A stretch of DNA of 64,000 nt, taken from contig NW_003526941.1 of the NCBI RefSeq assembly GCF_000181795.1, positions 9,048,037-9,112,036 on the forward strand. Direction: 5' to 3'. The notes under the pieces are model-generated. The model ran no database searches, had not been told where the DNA came from, and saw only the letters and a list, made by a program, of their open reading frames with translations. The position numbers and the translations under genes are program-made. Below, piece after piece: positions 43,588-52,690 of the stretch. The stretch's first letter is position 1. Every line of letters begins with the position of its first letter. This stretch comes from Trichinella spiralis (lineage: Eukaryota).

Positions 43588-44454
43588 TCATAATTTCACA
43601 GCATACAAAGCGTAATTGACGTTGATGTTCTTTGTCCAGTACCATTTGTTTTGCAGTGGATTGTACATCAAACCATTAATCATTCTTACGGAACAACCTC
43701 GACGTTCTAAGTTCACTTGCAAATCTTGAGGAGAGAAAAATTTGTTCCACTCATGAATACCTTTCGGTACAAGACGCAAAACGTTCTCAGCCACAAAAAT
43801 GGCAAATATCTTCGACCAAATTGTCTTATTAATAGTTGTAAAAAACAGCAGACCTCCGGAACGAACTAAATCAACGCAGTGATTGATGAACAGAGTCTGA
43901 TCGTTGACGTGCTCGATAATTTCCGATGCAACAATAGCGTCGAACGATGATTCACCGACACTTTGTGCAACAGATTCAACATCGCACACAAAATATTTCA
44001 AATTTTCCCCTAAACCAGCCAATCGTTGATGCTCTTTAGCCAAAGCTATTCCTTCAGAGTTGGCATCGATACCGACAACCGTTGCACCCAGCCGAGCTAA
44101 ACTTTCACTCATAATACCAGCCCCACAACCAACGTCCAGAATTTTAACACCATTCAACGGCTTATAGCCAAAAAACGTATTAATATTTGATGAAGCTTTG
44201 CCAAACTGCAAAACTACAGTATCTTTTATCCACGGCACACGAACCGAGTTGAATGAATGCAACAATTTCATGGGACCCTGTTCGTCCCACCAAGTTTGGC
44301 TGAGATTTGAAAATCGCTTAATTTCTTCATTATCAACAGTTGAGTTCATTGTCGAATTACTAAAGTACGAAGGAAAAAACGCTGTAAACTTACGTAGAAA
44401 AGAAACAGACAAAAAGGTTGAAGCTGCAGAGGTCAACTTATGCACAAGAAGCAT
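43588..44454 (-). CDS. COQ3: Ubiquinone biosynthesis O-methyltransferase, single exon
   Basis: STVDNEEIKRF...WWDEQGPMKLLHSFNSVR, ILDVGCGAG, SEIIEHV, TTINKT, VPKGIHEWNKF; the N-terminal 35 aa lack acidic residues, like a mitochondrial presequence. Confidence 0.95.
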   Translation of the reverse strand: MLLVHKLTSAASTFLSVSFLRKFTAFFPSYFSNSTMNSTVDNEEIKRFSNLSQTWWDEQGPMKLLHSFNSVRVPWIKDTVVLQFGKASSNINTFFGYKPLNGVKILDVGCGAGIMSESLARLGATVVGIDANSEGIALAKEHQRLAGLGENLKYFVCDVESVAQSVGESSFDAIVASEIIEHVNDQTLFINHCVDLVRSGGLLFFTTINKTIWSKIFAIFVAENVLRLVPKGIHEWNKFFSPQDLQVNLERRGCSVRMINGLMYNPLQNKWYWTKNINVNYALYAVKL

Positions 44455-44901
44455 TATTCTCTGCCAACAAGAAAACGTGAAAGAAAATCTGTAGGCTTCT
44501 TTTCGACGTGATCTTCAAATAAAGTGTTCAACAACACGTTTCCAGGTGTCCAAGCTTCTTTCAAATTTTTCAGCTCCACTTCCGCTTTATTTGTCAGAAT
44601 ATCCACAGCCCGAATATCTCGAATTTCAGCGTTTCGGACAAACTGTCGCTTAATGGCGTCTCGCAACACGTCTTCTCGAAGATGCAATTGATAAAGGAAA
44701 TTCAGTGTTGGAACAAATTTCATCCTTAACAAAAATAACAATGTACACTTTTGATATCATTACAATTACTGATATTCAAATGTACCAATCTTTATAAACA
44801 CGCAATACACGCTTACGAGCCTCTTCAGGGTTACGAGACACTATTGGTTTAATCTGCTTCTTGAAAATTTGCCCACCAGAGCAAAAATGACGAATGCGCA
44901 T
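44454..44901 (-). CDS. NDUFA6: Complex I accessory subunit B14 (LYR family); exons 44901-44786 and 44724-44454
   Basis: KQIKPIVSRNPEEARKRVLRVYKDWMKFVP...IKRQFVRNAEIRDIRAVDIL...KKPTDFLSRFLVGRE matches the NDUFA6 pattern. Confidence 0.92.
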
Positions 44902-44903
44902 AA

Positions 44904-45256
44904 TCAATTTAACGTATCGCTTTTGGTCACCTAAAACAGTATAGCTAAAATGCAAAAGAAAAAAGTAATTGAAAACAACTAATTGATAATACGTTTGCTT
45001 CTAAATATTCAATTTTCTTCTCCAAAGAATTAAGTCGTTCGTTTACCAAATTTATTTTATACTTGCAAGATAACTCTAAATTTTTAAATTTGCATATTAT
45101 AATTAAAAAACAAAAGTCCAAACCAAAATTGCAAAGAAAATCAGAGATCTTTTTGACGTTGTGAGATATCAATGCTGCAATATCACGATTGTCCCAGTCT
45201 TCTTGTAATTCAAGTTTAACATCAGATTGGGAATGCTTTTGAGGTTGATAACTCAT
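44904..45256 (-). CDS. BRK1: BRICK1/HSPC300 subunit of the WAVE complex; exons 45256-45124, 45075-44993, 44930-44904
   Basis: LQEDWDNRDIAALISHNVKKISDFLCNF/ELSCKYKINLVNERLNSLEKKIEYLEAN/VTKSDTLN-stop; the C-terminus parallels the human VTKGETLT. Confidence 0.92.
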
Positions 45257-45555
45257 CAAATATAAGATAAATCACGCTTTGAGTCACATGGGAAAAATCT
45301 TACTGTATTACAGTGTACTAAAATAGTTTAATTAGCCTTATCTAGCACACATTTTTTTAATCATAAAAATAAAACATTAAAAATTTACTTAAGAAATGTA
45401 AATTAAAAAATATATTTGTAAATTACATTTTTGGAATTTTTATTTTTAAAGTTTTGGGAAAACCTTATTTGTACTTGATCTTCAATAATACTTTTGGCCA
45501 ACTCACGCAGCTAACAGTTTTAACATTTTGATCAATTTGTTGCGTCACCTATAAA
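45257..45555. promoter_or_regulatory. Putative bidirectional promoter between the BRK1 cluster (-) and RPL10A (+)
   Basis: Start codons are divergent and about 300 nt apart; inferred from geometry only. Confidence 0.5.
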
Positions 45556-46826
45556 ATGAGGTAAACTTTTTTTTTATTATATCTAAGCTAAAATATTTCA
45601 AATGAATTTTTAGTACTAGCAAAATTAGTCGCGAGACTTTGAATGAATGTGTCAACGCCGTATTGCAGAATTCAGCCAAGAAGAAGCGAAAATTTTTGGA
45701 AACTGTTGAACTGCAGGTTGCTCTGAAAAATTATGATCCACAAAAAGACAAACGTTTTTCTGGAAGCGTTAGGTGTGTCTTTGCGCTACTCTGATGACTT
45801 TATCGATAGCAAATGGTTAACTGATGAAGAGTTTGACTCTTACCCAGGGTCTTTATAAACTTTGGGGAGGCGATGAGCCGACTTGTAAAATATAAATAGT
45901 GCAGGTATTCGGAAGGTATTTTTTCTTGGGCTGAGTAGAATTGCCAACATTCAATTAAGCTGTAATTATGAAATTTAAACTTTTAATGTTTACTCAAAAT
46001 GAATAGTAAGTTATTCGTTTTATTTTGAAATGTAAATTATGATGATAACACATGCACCACGCTGAAATTCTTTGAAGATTTTCAAATCCATGTGCTACTG
46101 AAAATTCTTAAAGCATCGTTTTCTTTTGTTAACATTGGTCTTTTGTGTTTTGATCTTTATTTAAAATGTAGGTTGAAGTATGTTGCACGACCGAGAATGA
46201 AAGTTTGCATTTTGGGTGATCAACACCATACGGATGAAGCGAAACTGAACAATCTCCCATACCGAGATGTGGAAGCGTTGAAGAAACTGAACAAAAACAA
46301 AAAAGCCATTAAAGTCCTTGGTAGATAAATGCCAATTAATAATTATTTTTGATAGAAATTAACAGTGCTTTTTTTAAGCAAAATCATTCGATGCATTTTT
46401 GGCTTCTGAATCGTTGATCAAACAGATTCCTCGAATTTTGGGTCCTGGCTTGAATAAAGCAGGAAAATTTCCAACTGTAGTTACTCACGGTGAATCGCTG
46501 GTTGCCAAAGTTGAAGAACTTAAAGCAACAGTTAAATTTCAGATGAAGAAGGTGAGTATTTGTACGGATGTTCCTTTTTATAATATTACAAGTTTTGCAA
46601 CACATGAAATGTTTTTTTCTTTATTTTTAACGAGCTAACGAGCTTAAATTTTTAGGTTCTGTGCTTAAGCGTTGCTGTAGGTCACGTTGCAATGGCACCT
46701 GAAGAATTGAGCAACAACATTGCATTGTCGCTGAATTTTTTGGTATCGCTGTTGAAAAAGAACTGGCAAAACATTCGAAGCGTGAATATCAAATCAACAA
46801 TGGGTCCACCGCAACGTTTGTATTGA
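45556..46826 (+). CDS. RPL10A: 60S ribosomal protein L10a (uL1), 5 exons
   Basis: [98 protein letters not shown]. Confidence 0.98.
45786..45938 (+). ncRNA. Candidate long structured box C/D RNA or regulatory element in RPL10A intron 2
   Basis: Terminal stem CTAC/GTAG flanks box C (TGATGA 45792-45797) and box D (CTGA 45931-45934). Internal CTGA at 45821 and CGATGA at 45871. Several hairpins; GC-richer than neighbouring introns. Confidence 0.55.
46035..46106 (+). ncRNA. Box C/D snoRNA in RPL10A intron 2; predicted guide for the 18S site equivalent to human Gm1328 / yeast Gm1271 (SNORD32/snR40-like)
   Basis: Box C ATGATGA 46039-46045, D' CTGA 46062-46065, C' TGAAGA 46073-46078, D CTGA 46098-46101. 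The D' guide CATGCACCAC is complementary to the conserved 18S GUGGUGCAUG. Confidence 0.85.
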
Positions 46827-47396
46827 ACTGATTTTGCTGGAACTGCTGGTTCATGAATAAAAAGATTGATTTAATTTTTATTTCATTTAAATCAGGCATA
46901 AATAGGGCGCTGCGTAATGTTTTTAGCAATTGAAATTTAATAATAGTTCGGAAATGTGATGAAATTCACGTGAAGTGATATAAATTTCAAAAGTATAATA
47001 CGTTTTACTGCGAAGCTTAAATTTTTGCAAAAGGAAATGATATCACTTTCAAAAATTCGCACGGCATCATCTTCAGATTATGAAAAAATTATATAATTAT
47101 TTTCCAAATGCTACATTTCTGACATTTATTAACAACAATACAACGATAATATTAAATAATTATAGAAATAAAATCAAGTACTATATATTACTGTACTTTA
47201 ATCATGGAGTTTTTGCGTGAGATGAAATGTTGCTGAAGTGACAGCCATGGAATGAGAATCATGATATTGCAATTATGTTTTTAATTTTTATTTTATACAA
47301 TTACATAATAGTACTTTTAACGTTTTTGCATTCATTTGTAAGCAAATTAATGCAGTAGTGTTTTTTGCTGTTTTCCAGGCTTCATACAGTCGATAA

Positions 47397-49689
47397 ATGT
47401 CTGTAGATGATACGATTTCAGCCAAACTTCAGCCAGAAAAAGAGATTCGCTATGACCGACAGTTACGTCTTTGGGGTGATCACGGACAAAATAAGTTGGA
47501 ATTGGCGAATGTTTGCCTTTTGAACGCAACCATCACAGGCTGCGAAATTTTAAAAAGTTTGGTTCTTCCTGGTATTGGATCTTTCACAATTTTTGACGGT
47601 GATGTTGTGCATCTGGACGATGGCAGCAGCAACTATTTTATAAATGCTACCAGTCACGGCGAATACAAAGCGAAGTTAGCATGCGAATCGTTGAATGTAT
47701 GTTTATTGTTGCAGTTTTCAATTATTTCCAATATTTTGCACGTATAAGTTATGTATTTATCAATATATTTTGGTCTTGTTCGTCATCTTTTTTCAAGCAC
47801 TTGTTATTTGCAGGAGTTGAATCCAGATGTTATTGGCAGGTATGTAGCCGAATGTCCGAAACGTATTTTTGCTACCAACCGTGCTGCATTCGACGGATTT
47901 TCACTTGTAATCGGTACAGCCCTGGGCGAGAAGTTCGCTTTGGAACTAAGTGATAGACTCTGGCACCATGGCATTCCTCTGATTGTTTGCAAAACCAATG
48001 GTCTGGTTGGCATGATTCGACTGGTCGTTAAGGAACACTGCATTTTCCAATCGCACCAAGAGTTTCCAATTCCAGATTTAATGTTAGATTATGCCACTCC
48101 AGAACTACATGAATATGTCGAGTCTATCGATTTTTCTTCACTAACGCATGCAGAGTTGAAGCACATGCCAAACTTAATATGGATCATCAAAGCACTCCAC
48201 TGTTGGCGCCTCGAAATTGGTAATCCGAATGCATTCCCTTCTTCATTTCAAGAAAATTGCGTTATTAAGGTAATTTATTTTACTTTTTTTGATAAGCTAC
48301 CAGTATTTTCAGAACGGCTCGTCGTAAATTGCTCTTGAGCATTTTCAATTTACAGTATAACTGCAATTTGTCATTTGTTTTTTTTGTACTTTGAAAAAGT
48401 GAAAACTTTTAATATTATTGAACACATTTGTGAGCTTCGATTTAATTTTTTTAGATAATGTGAATTTTAAATAATGGTTTAAAATAATGAATAAATTTAA
48501 ATAATAGTGGAGTAATATTGCGAATAAATGGAAGAATTGAATTTGACGCGTTTGAAATGAAGAAAGAAGTAGTCGGTTGAAATAAATCAGTTTGAAGTGT
48601 TTTCAGTATGTTTTGGAAATTTATTCTTAATTATCAAACTGTAGCAGTTTTCAAATAGCGTCCGTTTGATATGTTTATAACGTGATGAAATATAATTGTT
48701 TTTCTTTAAGTGATATTGTATAATTTAGTCAACATTTGAAAAATATCTGAGGAAGATTTGTCCCGATAATTTACTTTTTGACTCCATTTTTGTGTCAGCA
48801 AGACGTGCAATTGGTATATATTTGCACAAATATCAGATGCCGTATCACGTGTCGCAAGTTTTGAAGGACCCGTCGGCACAGCATGTGAACCACGAGAGTG
48901 GAACGTTCTGGATCCTAGCCCATGCTGTGAACCAGTTTGTCAATAACGAAGGGGCCGGACGGCTGCCGATGAGTGGCGTTCTGCCGGATATGGAATCGGA
49001 CACGAATCGTTTTGTCACGTTGCAGAATATTTTTGCCAAACAAGCTGACAAAGATGCGGCAATAGTTCACGGCTATGTGGAGAAGACGGTCGAAGCGTTG
49101 GCGATGAGCCATCGACAGAGTCGTTTCAGGTCGATCAGTTTGAAAAATACGAAGCATTTTTGCAAGAATGCATCTTCCATTCGCGTGATTCACGGACGTT
49201 CTCTGTTCGATGAGTATCGGCCAGGCAAGTTTGCATATACATATACGTATGTATATGGATATGTATATATTTGAAAAATTAAATTGTTCAGAATCGGCCG
49301 AAGTGAACGTGATGAGAAACGAGTTGCAAGCTAGTGGTCGTCACTTCAGCTGGTATGTGCTGCTGAGAGCCGTGGACCGCTTCCATGCAGAAAACGACCG
49401 ATATCCGGGCAGCGGCACCACACAGCAGCAATTCGACTGGGACAAAGTCGAGTTGGGGAAAATTGTCGACGGCATATTGGAATCGTATGATTTGCCGAAA
49501 CTCATCAAATCGAGTTCTGTCGACGAGATCTGCCGCTATGGCGGCGTGGAATTGCACTGCACTGCTTCGGTCATTGCCGGCATGGCAGCCCATGAGGCGG
49601 TGAAACTGCTCACCGGTCAGTACGTGCCTTTGGTGAACACCTTCGTTTACGACGGCATCGGCAACGATGGTCGCGCCTTCGAGCTCTGA
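47397..49689 (+). CDS. NAE1: NEDD8-activating enzyme E1 regulatory subunit (APPBP1/ULA-1), multi-exon
   Basis: [102 protein letters not shown]. Confidence 0.95.
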
Positions 49690-49709
49690 TTTCTTTTCAA
49701 GTATTATTT

Positions 49710-49740
<31 letters not shown>

Positions 49741-49742
49741 TT
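49710..49742. repeat. (TTTA)n microsatellite in the NAE1 3' region
   Basis: Tandem TATT/TTTA units read directly from the sequence. Confidence 0.85.
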
Positions 49743-50510
49743 TTTCTCTTTAAACTTGGGAAGTTAGTGAATCATCATCAAAATCGATATGGTTCAAATA
49801 TCGATGATTTGCGTGTTCAAATATTCATTGCGTGAAATTGAAAATTGCATTTAATTGCGATTTTCTTTTCTTGTTTATTGAAATCAGTTGTCTACATTTT
49901 GCTAATTACTTTTTCTGAATTATGCGTGAAAACGAAGTGAAGAAACACAAGCTTTGAAACGCGCTCAGCATTTTTTTTGGTGAAAGTTTCGTTGTGTCAA
50001 GAGGAACATGTAGTTAGTGTTTTTGATTGAGAACAGGAAAAAAACATCATTTTATTTACTTCATTCAACTTTCTCGTACTGTTCGATAATCAAATTAATT
50101 CTCTTTTTTGTCGAATAAATATTCGGTTAATATAGGAGGAAATTATAATTTTATCACATGTCGAAAAAGATCATTTGCATAAGTTGAATTTGAAAACTGT
50201 TTGGTGAATTGTCTATTGTAGAACTGGTGAATTAATTTTCCAATACACAATAATTTTTCTTCGTGCATTGTTGAGCTGTTTCATATATACAGAGAGATTG
50301 AGTTAAATTTTTCTTTAATGAAACAAAAATAAATGGACATATAATAGGAAAATAAAAAAGTATTTTTATTGGAATTTGAACATTTCAACTTTGGTAACTT
50401 TAGCATGTTTTTTGTCCTTTTTTAATTTGTGAAAGATCAAGTGAGAAGAATGTTAAACGTCAATTAGTTGCATGCTTGTTTTTATGTGTATGTATTTCTG
50501 CTTGATGAAT

Positions 50511-52690
50511 TCAACCTGCAATACTGGCCACGCCCAAACCCAGAGAGGTGAGTGAAAGTATTACACGTAGACCTGTATAAATGTGACCCGGACTACCGGC
50601 TTTCAAGTTGTCAAAGAACACCCTGACCGCTCGGACAATTTTCGATGCTCTGGACATATCCGATTTTGAAAGTACCTTGTTGATGGAGTCGACGAAAAAT
50701 TTCAAATCCAAAATCTGCCATTTCAAACGCATGGGATTGGTATCCGGGTTCAGTTTGATCTTTCCGATACCTTTGTATTTGGGATCATTGTACTCGATGG
50801 TCAGTGCCTCTATCCAAGCGTTGTCTGTATTTCGATTGTCAGCCACGAAACCTCGATACAGCTGCAAAATTGATGAATTCAATTAAAATTCTCCAACAAA
50901 ACAAATAGAAAAATCAGACGGATACTTATTCTCTTTTCGAATTTAGTTAGTTCTCATTGTTGTTGGAAAATTCTGGAATTTTATTGTATTTTATTTTCGT
51001 TAATTCAACAGTGGTTGATGGAAATCGATTAATTAATTATCTTTGAACAAAAGTAAAAATACCATTGGAATCATACCTCAACTTTATGTTTAAATGTCTT
51101 TTCCAGCAAATATGTTGCGTGTCTGGGATCGTAAAATTTGCTCAGCTCTTTCAATAATAGGTCGTAAAGTTTTGGTGGAATGAATGTAAATTCTGTACTG
51201 TCAACAAAATCCTATAAAAAATATTCAAATTTGAAGAGAATATATATATATATTTATTTATTTATGTGCTATGACAAATACTTCAGGAAAGCTGACTAAT
51301 TCATCGGGATTTTCCGGCTCGACGACAATATATTCTCTTACTGACTGTCCTCTGAAAGGAATGTGTTGAAAAATTGACTGACAGAAAATGGAAAAAAGTT
51401 TCCATCAACCTGCTTATCAGAATTTGTACCAAATAATTGGGACCATATCGACGCAGAACCCCTCGACCCGTTACGCCGGTTCTGCCATTCGGATTCAACG
51501 GATACTTTCCGTTCAGGGCGTATGATTTGTGTTTCCCGCTGATATGCTTCTTCAAACGACGACGATCAACATTATTGTCGTAGTCGTTGAAACGGGGCTC
51601 AAAGTTGGGATCTCTGAAGTGAAATTTTAATATTTGATCACTTTGTTCAACAGGGAAACAATTATAAACATGAAATTTCAATTCAACTCTATATCCGGAT
51701 CACAGGTCACATCTTTGGGACATTCTGCAGTGTAAGCAACGGGTTTGTAGCCGGGAAAATCTACCGACCAACTGCGATACATTTTTGGGACGTGGCCACG
51801 TTCAATCTGATAAGGAAAAAAATTTTTTTTTATTTGTCACTTTAAAATTCTGACGTTCATCAAATTCTCACCGTTGTATTGTAATAATATTTTTCATAAC
51901 TGATGCTACTTTGGCATATCTTCGCAAAAATCTGCAAATCTCAAGTTCAATTTAAGCATTTTACTTAAAGAAACGAAATGTATATATTTGTTTATTTATT
52001 TATTTATTTATTTATTGAACTTGCTTTTCTTTTTGTTAAAATTGTTGTGCGTGTGAAGTGTGTATTATTATTACATATGTGAATTTGTATTCGGCCTGAA
52101 AATTCCATTTCAGTTTTAGTTTAATTATTCACTTGAAACAATTCACTTTCATTGAATGAGATTTGATATTTTTGTTTACTTTTCAATTCAAGTAAACAAG
52201 TGATTAATATTAATAAGGTTTAGCTGAAAAGTAAATTTCAACAGATTGTTGAACATATAATGATATAAATAGATTAATATAAATGAAATTGTTCAACTGA
52301 GAAAACTTCAAATGCAGAAAAGAAAGTAAAAGAAAATTAGTCGCTAAATGATGATAATTATTAATAATCATCATTTCAATACAAACAAACAGATACGAAA
52401 CAGAAATTCCCTTTTGAAGTGATGTTCGAAAATTTTAATAAATATGGTACTTATTTTAATAAATAATTGACCAGTTGATTGTCATTCAAACTGCTAAAAT
52501 GAAAAATTTTATTATTTTCCAGTGCAATTGTTTCAAAATATAAGTGAAAATTTTCCTTGTCATTTTTTTCAAGCAACCAAAAAAGCATTATATTAATGGT
52601 GAAATTTATTATTTTTTTAATTAAATATGAATTTGAAATTTTTTCACTTACCAAAGTAGAGATGATGAATGTTAGATAGCACCGGAGCAT
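50511..52690 (-). CDS. NUDT9-like (ADP-ribose pyrophosphatase family) protein with degenerate Nudix box, multi-exon; 5' exons tentative
   Basis: IERGHVP...WSVDFPGYKPVAYTA...DPDI; PRFNDYD..VDR; YPLNPNGRTGVTGRGVLRRYGPN; LYRGFVADNRNTDNAWIE. All of these are NUDT9 hallmarks. Confidence 0.85.

Noticed and set aside
45915..45934. Possible U14-like guide (TTTTTCTTGGG-CTGA against 18S UCCAAGGAAGG)
   Set aside because: Needs several G-U pairs, the D+5 position does not hit the U14 site, and U14 domain A is absent.
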